Sequence record: NZ_CP049261.1
DNA: 64,000 nucleotides
Direction: 5' to 3' (one strand)
Source of the DNA: a plasmid
The notes below the pieces were generated by a model that saw only the letters and a program-made list of their open reading frames with translations, was not told the origin of the DNA and did not search any database. Each line of letters starts with the position of its first letter. The first letter of the stretch is position 1. Positions 1 through 10,513 of the stretch are shown piece after piece. The position numbers and the translations under genes are program-made.

Positions 1-2721
1 CGGATTTTGTACGACCTCCCGCTGGGCCAGGGCGAGCGACGCACCCGGCTGCGTACAGGGCTGTTAAATCTTCTACAGGCGCGAATGGGAAAAGCGAGCT
101 GGCGCGCCACCGCGCAGGGGCTGCGGGCTGATGAACTGGATAATGACCTCTGCAGGATGTTCCGACGCGAAGTGCTCGACGATAAACCGCTTTACGCGCA
201 GCTTAAGCAGGGTTGCGAGCAGTTTATACGTTACCGTGACAGCAGCCGGATCCCGCCAGACGATACGCAGTTACGGCTTCGGCTTATCATGGCGCTGCGT
301 CAGAAACTGGCTTTCGTTTGTCTGAAGGCCCTGAAGTCCGACCTGGTGATCCTCGATGAGTTTCAGCGGTTTAAGCATCTACTGGACGCTGAAGACGATA
401 CCGCGCGGCTCGCCACGGCCCTGTTTGAACAGAAGGAGGCGCGTGTTCTGCTGCTTTCCGCCACGCCTTATAAAATGTTCACGCTGGATAACGAAACCGG
501 GGAAGACGATCATTACCCGGATTTTATCCGCACACTGTCATTTCTGATGCGCGATCCGGCGCAGGTCAACCACGTCAGCGCGCTGCTTTCCGCTCACCGG
601 GCCGCACTGCATGCCGGTATGCCTGAAGGTGAAAAAGCACGTCTTCAGGATGCGCTTTTGCGTGTGATGTGCCGCACCGAAAGGATTTCTGATACCCGCG
701 ACCGTAACGCCATGCTCGTTGAAGTTCCCCGCATAGCGCCGCTGCAGGCCACGGATATCCGGCATATTCGTGCCGTTGATGCGGTTGCGGCCTGTGTGGA
801 CGCAGGCGATCTGGTGGAGTACTGGAAATCGACGCCCCATTTGCTCAACTTTCTGAAGCGCTATGCGCTGCGTAATAAACTTGATGCGGCTATCGATGCG
901 CCGTCACCTGCGCTCTCTGCGGCGCTGAGAGCGGCCCGCGATGAGTGGCTGACGCCCGGTCAGCTGGATGATTACCAGCCGCTTGAACCCGGCAACGCGC
1001 GGATGCGGCTTCTTTTTGAAGACACCATCGATAACGGGCTCTGGCAACTGTTATGGATGCCGCCATCGCTCCCGTATTACACACCAGGCGGCGTCTGGCA
1101 GGGGAAAACCCATCTGACCAAGACGCTTATCTTCTCCTGCTGGAATGCGGTGCCGGATGCTATCGCCACGCTCTGCTCTTATGAGGCAGAGCGCCGGATG
1201 GTCAGCGGCGCGTCGGTTACGCATCGCGAGCTTTATCAGAAAATCAAACCGCTGTTGCGGTTTGCGAAAGCCAGCGCGGACGACCGTCTGACCGGTATGC
1301 CAGTCATGGCATGGCTGATGCCCTCACCGGTCCTGGCGACGGCGATTGATCCACTCACGATGGCCTGTGCCGGGGATAACGGCCCGCTCCCGCTGGAAAC
1401 CGTGCTGGAAGCCGCCCGTGACATCTGCGAGACGCTTGTCGCCGCTTTACCCTCCAGCCCGGCGGAGGGCAAAGCCGATCCGCGCTGGTACTGGGCTGCG
1501 CCGGTGCTGCTCGATGCGCAGGGCGGGCTACTGGCGTGGTGTAAAGACCCACAAGGCTGGCGGGCGCTGGTGACGCCTGATGCGGATGACGACTCCCACT
1601 TCACCGCGCATCTGGAACAGCTGACAGACGCCGCCGAGGGACGCCTTACGCTCGGGCCGAAGCCAGACGATCTGGCGGACGTGCTCGCACTGTTCGCGCT
1701 TGGCGGGCCTGGTACCTGCGCATTGCGTGCGTTACAGAGGGTAGATCCGCAGACGGCGGGCGACAGCATGACCCTTCTCACCGGTGCGGCGACCATCGCC
1801 TCGGGGTTCAGAACCCTGTTCAACATGCCGGAGACCATTGCGATGCTGCGTGGCGCAAGTGAGGAGACCTACTGGCGTTTAACGCTGAAATATGGCGTTG
1901 AGGGCAATCTGCAATCCATGCTGGATGAATATGTCCATACGCTACGGGAATCGCCCGGCGTGCAGGGATCTGGCGTCGCGGCACAGGTGGCCACTCTGTC
2001 CGCGCATATCCAGTCTGTTCTATCGTTGCGTGTCTCCCGGCTGCATCTGGACGCGCTGGAGGCTAACGATGCGGGCTTTGAGCGTGTAGAGTTTTCGACC
2101 CGCTGCCGCTTTGCGCTGCGGTTTGGTGATATCCGGGATGACAATAACGACGCGCTGGTACGGGCAGAAAGCGTTCGCGATGCTTTCAATTCGCCGTTTC
2201 GCCCGTTTGTGCTGGCCTCCACGTCCATTGGCCAGGAAGGGCTCGATTTTCATACGTGGTGCCATGCGGTGATGCACTGGAATCTTCCCGCAAATCCTGT
2301 CGATTTAGAGCAGCGCGAGGGCCGGGTGCATCGTTACAAAGGGCATGCGGTGCGGAAAAATATCGCGCATGCTTATGGCATTGCGAGCCTTAAGGGCCAC
2401 AACGCGGGCGACCCGTGGCAAACCCTTTTTGCGCGGGCAGCGCAGGACAGAGCGCCTGGGCAGTCCGAACTTATCCCTTACTGGATCTTTGAGAACGGCC
2501 CGGCGCGCGTGGAGCGCCGTATTCCCGTGCTGCCTTACAGCCGGGAAACCGGCAAGCTCAAACGACTGAAGCAGGGGCTCGCGTTGTATCGCCTGGCGTT
2601 CGGACAGCCGAGACAGGAGGACTTACTCTCAAGTCTCAGCCATAACGCCCCGATCTCTGAAGATGCCCTTGCCGGAGGGCTGATATCACTTAAGCCGCCC
2701 GGCCGGTCCGGTAAAGCGTAA
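1..2721 (+). CDS. SF2 helicase, SNF2/RapA-like, 5'-truncated by window edge (at least 904 aa visible)
   Basis: Reading frame is open to nt 1. It carries a motif II variant VILDEFQRF, motif III LLLSATPYK, motif V/VI FVLASTSIGQEGLDF...NLPANPVDLEQREGRVHR. That closely mirrors the RapA helicase-C signature (NPxxLEQRIGRxxRxGQ). The C-terminal 150 aa are not recognisable. Confidence 0.7.
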   Translation, partial: RILYDLPLGQGERRTRLRTGLLNLLQARMGKASWRATAQGLRADELDNDLCRMFRREVLDDKPLYAQLKQGCEQFIRYRDSSRIPPDDTQLRLRLIMALRQKLAFVCLKALKSDLVILDEFQRFKHLLDAEDDTARLATALFEQKEARVLLLSATPYKMFTLDNETGEDDHYPDFIRTLSFLMRDPAQVNHVSALLSAHRAALHAGMPEGEKARLQDALLRVMCRTERISDTRDRNAMLVEVPRIAPLQATDIRHIRAVDAVAACVDAGDLVEYWKSTPHLLNFLKRYALRNKLDAAIDAPSPALSAALRAARDEWLTPGQLDDYQPLEPGNARMRLLFEDTIDNGLWQLLWMPPSLPYYTPGGVWQGKTHLTKTLIFSCWNAVPDAIATLCSYEAERRMVSGASVTHRELYQKIKPLLRFAKASADDRLTGMPVMAWLMPSPVLATAIDPLTMACAGDNGPLPLETVLEAARDICETLVAALPSSPAEGKADPRWYWAAPVLLDAQGGLLAWCKDPQGWRALVTPDADDDSHFTAHLEQLTDAAEGRLTLGPKPDDLADVLALFALGGPGTCALRALQRVDPQTAGDSMTLLTGAATIASGFRTLFNMPETIAMLRGASEETYWRLTLKYGVEGNLQSMLDEYVHTLRESPGVQGSGVAAQVATLSAHIQSVLSLRVSRLHLDALEANDAGFERVEFSTRCRFALRFGDIRDDNNDALVRAESVRDAFNSPFRPFVLASTSIGQEGLDFHTWCHAVMHWNLPANPVDLEQREGRVHRYKGHAVRKNIAHAYGIASLKGHNAGDPWQTLFARAAQDRAPGQSELIPYWIFENGPARVERRIPVLPYSRETGKLKRLKQGLALYRLAFGQPRQEDLLSSLSHNAPISEDALAGGLISLKPPGRSGKA

Positions 2722-2727
2722 CGCCGG

Positions 2728-3402
2728 TTACGGTGCAATCTCCTGCCCGCGATAATCGATAAACCGGCACTGCAGATTATCCAGCGCGGCGTTGATGACG
2801 TTTTTCAGTCCAGCCGCGCTCTCGTCTACCGTCACCGGCGCACGTTCGCCGCCCATATCGGTCTGGACCCAGCCGGGATGCAGCAACAGCACGCTGCGTT
2901 TACCCGGCAGCGCCGATGTCACCGCGAATGAGCGCGCCAGCGAATTCAGCGCGCTCTTACTGGCGCGGTAGAGCGCCATGTCGCCGGTATCGTTATTTGT
3001 AAAGCTTGCGGTACTGGAGGACATAAACGCGATGACACCGCCTTCACGGACCTGCGAGAGCATCGTCTCCGCGAGTCGCACCGGTGCGATAGCGTTGGTC
3101 AGAAAGAGTGAGGCGATCTCCTGTTCGGTGGCCTGCGATACGCTCTGATGATCGGGGCCAAAAATACCGGCGTTGACGATGAGCGCGTCAAAGGTCACAG
3201 CGCTGAGGTGTTCTTTGAGGTGGACTACGCTTGCCGTGTCGGTCATATCGACGATTTGCGTGGTGATACGCGGATGGGTGTCTTTGTGCGTTGCGTCACG
3301 CACCGTCGCTATCACGTCGGCGCCCTCCTGCGCGAAAGCATTCGCCAGACCACGGCCAATCCCGCGCGATGCGCCGATAATCAGGATATGTTGTACAGTC
3401 AT
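2728..3402 (-). CDS. SDR family short-chain dehydrogenase/reductase
   Basis: N-terminal ILIIGASRGIGRGLA is a Rossmann TGxxxGIG motif. 224 aa. It converges on the helicase stop. Confidence 0.8.
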   Translation of the reverse strand: MTVQHILIIGASRGIGRGLANAFAQEGADVIATVRDATHKDTHPRITTQIVDMTDTASVVHLKEHLSAVTFDALIVNAGIFGPDHQSVSQATEQEIASLFLTNAIAPVRLAETMLSQVREGGVIAFMSSSTASFTNNDTGDMALYRASKSALNSLARSFAVTSALPGKRSVLLLHPGWVQTDMGGERAPVTVDESAAGLKNVINAALDNLQCRFIDYRGQEIAP

Positions 3403-3448
3403 GATTTTTTAACCTGCAATAATAATGAACCCATACTGATGGGCTTAA

Positions 3449-4018
3449 TCACTCCGCAAGGCGGTAGACCCCTGCTCCCCAGTAGCCTTTTTCCGGTTTA
3501 CGGATTTCACGCCAGCCCTGACGAACAAGGCTGCGGGCAATCAAACGATTCATGATGCCATGCCCCATCAAAAGCACCGGACTTTGCGCGTTACCGGCAA
3601 GCGCAGCGAGATTTTGCGCAGCCATTGCCGCGCGTGCTTTTGCGGCATGCAGCGTTTCAGCATTGCCCGATAACCCGCACAGCCATAACATGCGGAAAAT
3701 GCCACTCCAGGCCAGCGGCGACAAACGCAGCCTGCCAATACTGTGCACCGGCAGTTCTGCCTCCCGGTATAGCGCATCGGTTTGCACTGGATCACACCCC
3801 ATTGTTTTTAGAGAAGAGAGGGCACGAGGTAAATCGCTGCTGATAACAATGCCCGCTCTGGCTGCTAACGCGCGGCTTGCCTCAGGCGGTAAGTCATTCC
3901 CCGTACCGGCCTCGTTATAACGGCTTATCCAGCCTGGCATATCGCGGGAGCCGATCGCGCCTGAATGCGCTATATCAGGGCTGCCGTGACGCATCAGAAT
4001 AATTTCCATATCTTCCAT
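3449..4018 (-). CDS. histidine phosphatase family protein (SixA/PGAM-like)
   Basis: ILMRHG catalytic RHG motif near N-terminus and a C-terminal LLMGHG. Confidence 0.7.
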   Translation of the reverse strand: MEDMEIILMRHGSPDIAHSGAIGSRDMPGWISRYNEAGTGNDLPPEASRALAARAGIVISSDLPRALSSLKTMGCDPVQTDALYREAELPVHSIGRLRLSPLAWSGIFRMLWLCGLSGNAETLHAAKARAAMAAQNLAALAGNAQSPVLLMGHGIMNRLIARSLVRQGWREIRKPEKGYWGAGVYRLAE

Positions 4019-4030
4019 TCCACGGGTGGT

Positions 4031-4300
4031 TTACCTGGCGTGAAAAAAATATCCCACCAGCGCCAGTACCACCACAATAACGCCTGAGAAAATCGCTCCG
4101 CTGGCCCATGCGAAGGGAGCGATCTCTTCTTCTTTTTTGATATCCGCGTAACGCTTTAGTGCCTGCTCTGCCAGGGGCGCGTCAATCTCTTCGAACTGCT
4201 TTTCATAGCCTTTGGCTTTAAGCCGCGAGGCTTTTTCGGTATCGGCTTTATCGAACGCAAACAGCTGAGTGCCTTTCTTATAGAAGACAAATGTGGTCAT
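4031..4300 (-). CDS. small membrane-anchored protein of unknown function (about 90 aa, C-terminal TM helix)
   Basis: The ORF has an in-frame Met (MTTFVFYKK...). Charged lysine-rich middle and a hydrophobic tail IFSGVIVVVLALVGYFF. The longer 134 aa call is probably an upstream extension. Confidence 0.45.
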   Translation of the reverse strand: MTTFVFYKKGTQLFAFDKADTEKASRLKAKGYEKQFEEIDAPLAEQALKRYADIKKEEEIAPFAWASGAIFSGVIVVVLALVGYFFHAR

Positions 4301-4521
4301 GGTGGACTCCTGTCGTGGTGACGCGCTATGCCTAACATACCGGAGCGGAATACATTTTGTACATGAATACCTTAAAGCGCTTTTAGCAGAAAAGCAGACC
4401 GTCGCTGATACATACAACCATGAATAAGTGTCCATCAGCCGGAATGGAAAAACAGAGGAAGTGGTGGCGGGGAATTATTCGCAGGGCGGTCGGGCATACA
4501 GGGAATGATCGGTAATCCGCC

Positions 4522-4551
4522 TGTAAAAACGCCCGGTACAGGTACCGGGCG
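4522..4551 (-). terminator. rho-independent terminator downstream of MCP gene
   Basis: Hairpin CGCCCGGTAC-AG-GTACCGGGCG followed by a U-run (AAAAA on + strand) 30 nt past the stop. Confidence 0.6.
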
Positions 4552-4583
4552 TGGCATAAAAAATAACGTTTTTTATCTGCTAA

Positions 4584-6241
4584 TCAGAAGCTCTGCCAGT
4601 CGTTATCTGATACCGCGGCGGCGGCGGGCACCGGGCGCAGCGTTTTGATTGGCGTCACCGGCGCGGCGACATGACGCGCCGCGCTTTTCGCATGACTGGC
4701 GGCGGCGATGGTAAATGCACCAACCAGCTGGTTCAGGGATGCGGCCTGCTCCATCAGCGACTGCGACGCCGCCGAAGCCTGCTCGACCAGCGCGGCGTTC
4801 TGCTGGGTTACATCGTCCATCTGGTTGACGGCCAGATGCACCTGATTGATGCCCTGCGCCTGCTCCTGCGCGGCGACCGAAATCTCATCAACAATATCCG
4901 TTACCTGACGCACCGCCTCGGTCATTTTGCCGATATTCTGGCCGACGCCTTCCGCCTGCGCGGAACCGGTTTCGACGTATTGCATTGAGTTCTCAATCAG
5001 TTCTTTGATTTCCCGCGCGGAGGAGGACGAACGCTGCGCCAGCGTGCGCACTTCACCGGCCACCACGGCAAACCCTCTGCCCTGCTCGCCCGCACGCGCG
5101 GCTTCTACCGCAGCGTTGAGCGCCAGGATGTTGGTCTGGAAGGCAATCCCTCGATCATCGCGATAATGTCGGTGATTTTCGAGGAACTGTCGCGAATACT
5201 GCTCATGGTCGTCAGCATGGTATTGACGCGCGACTGGCTGTCTTCCGAAATATCACGCGCGTTTTTCGCAAGCTGGCTTGCAAGCTGGGTATTTTCCGCA
5301 GTCTGACGCACGGTTTCGCTCAGCTCTGACATGCTGGCGGCAGTCTGCTCCAGCGAAGCGGCCTGTTCTTCTGTGCGCGACGAGAGATCTTCGTTACCGG
5401 CGGAGATCTGCCCGGAGGCCGAGCTGACCGACTGCGCGGACGCTTCGACAGCGGCGAGTGATGAAGCCACATTGGCTGCCAGCGTATTGTACGCTTTGGC
5501 CGTCTGGCCTATCTCATCCTTACGGGAATCGTCAGCGCGCAGTGTCAGATCAAGATGCTCGCTCGCCGTTTCCAGCGTCTGGCGCATGCTGTTGAGCTGG
5601 TTGCGAATCGAGAAGATGGTCTTCAGCGTGAAAAAGCCGAGAATAAGGATGACCACTGCCGAGCCGCCAATCAGCGTCCAGAGCGTCTGGTAATAGGAGC
5701 TATCATTTTCCTTACGCAGCGTTTTGCCGACGTCAATGTTGACCCCCAGCTGTTTCTGGTACAGCGCGATCAACTGACGCGCGGCACCGCCGACACCGTT
5801 GTCATCACGCAGTGCGGCGAGCGCGAGAGCGTTGTTGTGTGCACGCGAGCTCTCTAAAAATGCCGGTAACCGGGACTGAACCGTCTGAATCAGCGTACCG
5901 GCGCTTTCAGAAATCTGCCGGTCTTCCTCGCTGGAGATTTCATTTTGCAGGTAAAACTGGTTCTGCGTGGTGATGCGGTTAATGACCGTATCAATCTCTT
6001 TTTCAATCTCGGCCTGACCTGATGCGTCAGCGGTATTCTGGTGGCGGTAGAGCCAGATAATTAATGTATTACTACCATCAATCATTTTGCCGATATCAAG
6101 CACCGACGGAAGCGTGTTTTCCTGGACGTACTGGAACCTTGCCTGAAAATTGCTGACGACCACTACCGATGTGATCACCATAGCGATCAGCGCGGCAGAA
6201 AGTAATGAAAACGTCAGCATAAGACGTTGTGTAATGGACAT
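4584..6241 (-). pseudogene. methyl-accepting chemotaxis protein (4HB sensor, HAMP, MCP signalling domain, C-terminal NDWQSF pentapeptide). Interrupted by one frameshift near 5140-5150
   Basis: 378 aa N-terminal ORF ends ...[13 protein letters not shown]. 160 aa ORF in another frame continues with the conserved [13 protein letters not shown]. Restoring one G in a GGG(G) run gives the canonical [37 protein letters not shown]. Confidence 0.85.
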
Positions 6242-6535
6242 GGAGTGTTTCCTCGGTGATGCTTATTTTTGCTGTATGGAGCCAGTGCTTAAATCAAACC
6301 GGCACAACGAATATCGGCAGCCAGGCATGCAATAATTAGCCTCCGGCAGACGCTTTCTCGTATGCCCATGATTAACAAAACATTAAATTTTTTAAAGTAA
6401 TGACCTGGGAATGGTGTGGGAATTTGTTGCGGTGCTTTTTTAGGCTCGCCACGGCGCTTTGCTCTAAGGTTTATGTCAGTAAGCGAAAGCCTGTGCGCCG
6501 TTGCACTGGCGTCGCCACACCTCAGGAGGCCTTTG

Positions 6536-7333
6536 TGATCACACTGTGTAACGCCTGCGGCACGTCATATCAGGTTGACAATGCCCGGCCACAGCGCTGC
6601 AAAATTTGTGACGATGAGCGGCAGTTTGTTCCGGTAACGGGGCAGCAATGGGTGGACCATGATGCGCTGCTGGCGACCCATTCCAATAAATGGAAGCAGC
6701 ATACCCCGGATCTTTTCAGCATCCGGACGGTGCCGGATTTTGCGATTGGCCAGCGTGCGTTTCTGCTGCGTACCCCGCAGGGAAATATTCTCTGGACTGC
6801 GTCGCCACCCTGGATGACGCCACAAAAACCCTGATTGCCGCGCTGGGCGGTCTGATGGCCATTGCCATTTCGCATCCGCACTTTTACACCACCATGCAGG
6901 ACTGGGCGGCCGCCTTTAACGCGCCGGTGTATCTGCATGCCAGCGACCGCGAATGGATAATGCGCGACAGCCCGTTTATCCGCCTCTGGGAGGGAGATGA
7001 ACTGACGCTGGCTGAGGATATCCGCGTGATTCGCCTCGGCGGCCATTTTGCCGGTGGCTGCGTACTGCATGACGCGCGCGGCGACGGCCTGCTGCTGAGC
7101 GGTGATATTTTGCAGGTGACGCCGGGGCGAAGAGCGTCTCATTTATGTGGAGTTATCCGAATATGCTGCCGCTACCGGCCGCCACCGTCAGCGCGATGAC
7201 AGACCGGCTGCGCGGCGTGTCATTTTCGACGCTATGGGGCGCGTTTGAAGGCCGTGAAATCACTGCCGACGCCAGCGAGCGGGTGCGCCGTTCGGGGGAA
7301 AAATATGTGGCGTGTCTGAATCGCGCGGATTAA
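6536..7333 (+). pseudogene. MBL-fold metallo-hydrolase with N-terminal Cys-rich Zn-ribbon. Two frameshifts
   Basis: GTG start with AGGAGG SD 8 nt upstream. CxxC...CxxC motif VITLCNACG...CKICDD. Middle fragment has AISHPHFY (HxH metal motif). Three ORF pieces in three frames, 6400-6834, 6690-7199 and 7145-7333, overlap head to tail. Confidence 0.65.
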
Positions 7334-7353
7334 CGCTTTTTATTTCGTGACGC

Positions 7354-8676
7354 TCAGGCCCGTTCATACGCGACCCGACCATCAACATAGGTGCGGTATA
7401 TCGCGCGATCGTCACCCAGCGTCATCATCACGAAAAGCTTATCAAACAGGGTCGCGGAATTGTCATAGCGGAGCTGCTGCAGCGGCGTTGAGGTCGGCTC
7501 CAGCACCACAAAATCGGCCTCTTTGCCGGGCATAAAGTTACCAATAAGATGATCAAGCCCCAGCGCTTTCGCGCCGCCGAGCGTGGCAAGATAGAACGCC
7601 TCGTCAGCGGATAACGGATAGCCCTGCAACTGCCCGACTTTGTATGCCTCGTTCAGCGTTTGCAGCATGTTGAACGTGGTTCCCGCGCCGATGTCCGTTC
7701 CCATTCCGACTTTCACTTTTTTCTGCCACGCTTTTGGCAGATTAAACAAACCGCTGCCGAGATAGAGATTAGATGTGGGGCAGAAAGCGATGCTGGAGCC
7801 CGTGTCTCGCAGGCGATCCCACTCGCGCTCTTCAAGATGAACACAGTGCGCGAAGATGCAGTTGTGCCCGGTCAGGCCATAGTGATGATACACATCCAGA
7901 TAGTCGTCACGCTCCGGATACAGCGTTTTCACCCACTCGATTTCAGCCTGATGTTCAGACAAATGCGTCTGGAACCAGGTATCCGGATATTCTTCGCGCA
8001 GGCGCTGCGCCATCGCCAGTTGTTCCGGTGTCGACGTCGGGGCAAAACGCGGCGTGATGGCATACAGCAGCCGCCCTTTTTTATGCCAGCGTTCAATCAG
8101 CGCCTTGCTCTGTTCATAACTGCTTTGCGCATCATCCAGTAGCCAGTCGGGCGCGTTGCGATCCATCATGACTTTACTGGCGATAAGACGCATATTGATT
8201 TGGCTGGCTTCCTCGAACAGCGCGTCCACTGACTGCGGATGCACTGAGCCAAAAACCAGCGCCGTTGTGGTGCCGTTTCGTAATAACTGCTTAATAAAAA
8301 AAGCGGACATTTCGCGCGCGTATTCCCGATCTTCATAGCGTCGCTCGGCAGGGAACGTATATTTATTGAGCCAGTCGAGGAGCTGTTCGCCATACGCGCC
8401 GACCATTTCACTCTGTGGGTAATGAATATGCGTATCGATAAAGCCCGGCACCACCAGTTTTCCGCGGTAATCACGCACGCGGACCGTATCCGGAACCTGT
8501 TGTTTTCCTTTTTCCCACTCACCGAACCATTCAATTTTCCCGTGACGAATCAGCAGTAAGCCGTCTTCCATAAACCGCAGCGCCGGTGCTATCTCCTGAG
8601 GCGTTTCAGCGGTCCTGGTGAAATCAATAAAACTGCCGCGTACGGCTTTTAAGGTCTGTTCTGCTGACATCATCAC
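7354..8676 (-). CDS. guaD: guanine deaminase
   Basis: 440 aa, collinear with E. coli GuaD along its length (VPGFIDTHIHYPQSEMVGAYGEQLL, GMGTDIGAGTTFNMLQTLNEAYKV, PGKEADFVV). TATACT -10 about 60 nt upstream. Confidence 0.95.
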   Translation of the reverse strand: MMMSAEQTLKAVRGSFIDFTRTAETPQEIAPALRFMEDGLLLIRHGKIEWFGEWEKGKQQVPDTVRVRDYRGKLVVPGFIDTHIHYPQSEMVGAYGEQLLDWLNKYTFPAERRYEDREYAREMSAFFIKQLLRNGTTTALVFGSVHPQSVDALFEEASQINMRLIASKVMMDRNAPDWLLDDAQSSYEQSKALIERWHKKGRLLYAITPRFAPTSTPEQLAMAQRLREEYPDTWFQTHLSEHQAEIEWVKTLYPERDDYLDVYHHYGLTGHNCIFAHCVHLEEREWDRLRDTGSSIAFCPTSNLYLGSGLFNLPKAWQKKVKVGMGTDIGAGTTFNMLQTLNEAYKVGQLQGYPLSADEAFYLATLGGAKALGLDHLIGNFMPGKEADFVVLEPTSTPLQQLRYDNSATLFDKLFVMMTLGDDRAIYRTYVDGRVAYERA

Positions 8677-8931
8677 CTCCTGCAGTCTGTCTTTTTTCTT
8701 CTGTGACTCTCTGTTGATGGGTTTTAATGCACTTTTCGTAGTATAGGATTTTCTCTCTGAGGGGCATTGCGATGGCGCACGTCATGTCCGGCGCACAGGC
8801 TGAAACGGCGTGCCTTTACCCTGCTAAGCCAAAAACCGTGCAGCGAATTAATGGTTTCACTACACCTTCGGAGTGGGACTGACGGAGTCAGGCCGTATCT
8901 CCGGCCTGCGGGTCCGCAGGAGCCGCCTGGC

Positions 8932-9142
8932 GGTGTAGTTACAACATACATTTAAGCGAATCTAGTTTACCCGCCCTTCGGGCGGGCGCGGGCGGCCCGG
9001 CAATGGGCAATCGCGCGCTCAGGGGTTCAAGAGTGAAACTGACGCCACAACCGTGGCCGGAAGCGACGCGGGCGTTTCCGAACGGTGCCTACGGTTTCAG
9101 TGGCGGTCCAGCATGTTTGAATTGTATGTTGTAACTATAAAA
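8932..9142. repeat. unexplained about 210 bp element bounded by 16-17 bp perfect inverted repeats (GTAGTTACAACATACA ... TGTATGTTGTAACTA) in the 575 bp guaD-GST intergenic region
   Basis: Inverted repeats at 8935-8950 and 9125-9141. GC-rich interior with a UUCG-capped stem (ACCCGCCC-TTCG-GGCGGGCG, 8959-8978). No ORF with coding character. Confidence 0.4.
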
Positions 9143-9252
9143 AGGCGTTTGTGGTGTGCTTTTACTGGTAATGGTGACTGACAACATCGATAGTGTATTG
9201 CCGTCAGTAAGCGTAAACGTTACGCAACTACGACGCTAACAGGAGACGTTCC

Positions 9253-9849
9253 GTGATTGTTTATACTTATCCCAAGAGCCGCTCGCTCAGGGTGCTCTGG
9301 ACGCTTGAAGAACTGGGCATGCCGTATGAGTCCATCAAAGCCGATATTCTTTGCGACGCCCCGGAAGTACCCTCGCCGCATCCGCGCGGTAAAGTCCCGT
9401 TTCTGACAGATGGCGACGTTTCCATTTGCGAGACGCTGGCCATCTGCACCTGGCTTTGCGAAAAACAGCCTGCCACCGCGCTTTTTCCCGCCGATCCCGT
9501 CCGACGCGCCGCGATAAACAGCTGGATCAGTTTCGCCTTAACGGATCTGGAATCGCCGGTATGGAATTTACTTAAACAGATGATTTTTGTGCCGGAAGCG
9601 CAGCGGTCCGCCGCACTGACACATTACTTCAAAACCGAAGCCGCAAAAGCCGTGGCGATGGTGGATTTGGCGGACAACGCACCGTGGATAGCGGGCGATG
9701 ATTTTACGCTGGCCGATATTTTTATGTCGCATACACTTTTCTGGGCAAAACTGGGCGGTATTACGCTTGGCGAGACGCTCGAAAATTACGTGAATCGCGC
9801 CTTTTCCCGCCCCGCGTTTATCCAGGCCCAGCAGCGAAATAACCAGTGA
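9253..9849 (+). CDS. glutathione S-transferase family protein
   Basis: GTG start preceded by AGGAG. GST N-terminal thioredoxin-like fold (KVPFLTDGDVSICETLAICTWL) and C-terminal alpha domain. 198 aa. Confidence 0.8.
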   Translation: MIVYTYPKSRSLRVLWTLEELGMPYESIKADILCDAPEVPSPHPRGKVPFLTDGDVSICETLAICTWLCEKQPATALFPADPVRRAAINSWISFALTDLESPVWNLLKQMIFVPEAQRSAALTHYFKTEAAKAVAMVDLADNAPWIAGDDFTLADIFMSHTLFWAKLGGITLGETLENYVNRAFSRPAFIQAQQRNNQ

Positions 9850-9888
9850 TGACGGCCAGCAGGTATATTATCGCCACCGCGTATGCCC

Positions 9889-10290
9889 TCACCGGCCGTA
9901 AAAGCCGTCCAGATAGGTTTGCGCCAAATCGTCACCCAGCATCCGTTTTTCGCGCGGGCTGGTGTTGTCATCGAGAAACTGGCCGCGATGATTGGCAAAT
10001 TCACTGGTGGTCTGCATACCGCAGGCATCGTCACGGTAAGCCTTCGCCTGACGCTCTGCCCAGGCGATGTCGCGCCCCTGTGCTTTATCCGTTTTGCCCT
10101 GATTGTAGACGCTGGTAAATGCCGGCAGAAACGCGGCGATGCTGCCTGCTTTATCGACCCTTAAATTCGCGTCGTGTGATTCCATACCCTGCAAAACATA
10201 GTGGCGCGCGTGCATTTCTGGCGACGTTCTGGCCGTACATCCTGCCAACAGCGTAGCCACAGCCACAACTACCATTCCATAACGCCTCAT
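9889..10290 (-). CDS. lipoprotein of unknown function
   Basis: In-frame Met MRRYGMVVVAVATLLAGC with lipobox LAGC. AGGAAG SD upstream. The 159 aa call is an upstream extension. Confidence 0.55.
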   Translation of the reverse strand: MRRYGMVVVAVATLLAGCTARTSPEMHARHYVLQGMESHDANLRVDKAGSIAAFLPAFTSVYNQGKTDKAQGRDIAWAERQAKAYRDDACGMQTTSEFANHRGQFLDDNTSPREKRMLGDDLAQTYLDGFYGR

Positions 10291-10459
10291 ATTTTCTTCC
10301 TGAAGTTGTCTGTTTATCGTGTTGAGGCCCGGCGCATGTTGCTTTTGTGCGCTAACCCCATGTATCAAGCGACAAATATTACCGCGCTAAATACAGGGTT
10401 AATACATACCGAATCAGGGGATTGCGCGGACTCAGAAGACATGCATTTGTCCGATGCCC

Positions 10460-10493
10460 ATAAAAAAGCCGCGCAGGGTGAGCCCTGCACGGC
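10460..10493 (-). terminator. rho-independent terminator after MCP gene
   Basis: GCCGCGCAGGG-TGAG-CCCTGCACGGC hairpin, then a U-run (AAAAAA on + strand) 20 nt past the stop. Confidence 0.55.
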
Positions 10494-10513
10494 TTATCTG
10501 CAACATCCTCTCG

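Noticed and set aside
8744-8930. The start of this region (ATTTTCTCTCTGAGGGGCATTGCG...) superficially resembles the 5' end of E. coli 6S RNA (AUUUCUCUGAGAUG...), and later ...AAGCCAAAAACCGUGCAGCGA resembles 6S ...AAGCCUUAAAACUGCGACGA.
   Set aside because: I found no matching 3' closing strand (CCUCAGAGA-like), nor the central-bubble and terminal-stem layout. The genomic context (ssrS-ygfA) is absent. The similarity is too patchy to call from the sequence alone. The region is kept only as part of the unexplained intergenic element.
9000-9045. GGGGTTCAAGAGTG, which looks like a tRNA T-arm.
   Set aside because: It has no GTTCGANTCC T-loop consensus, and no acceptor stem or anticodon arm can be built around it.
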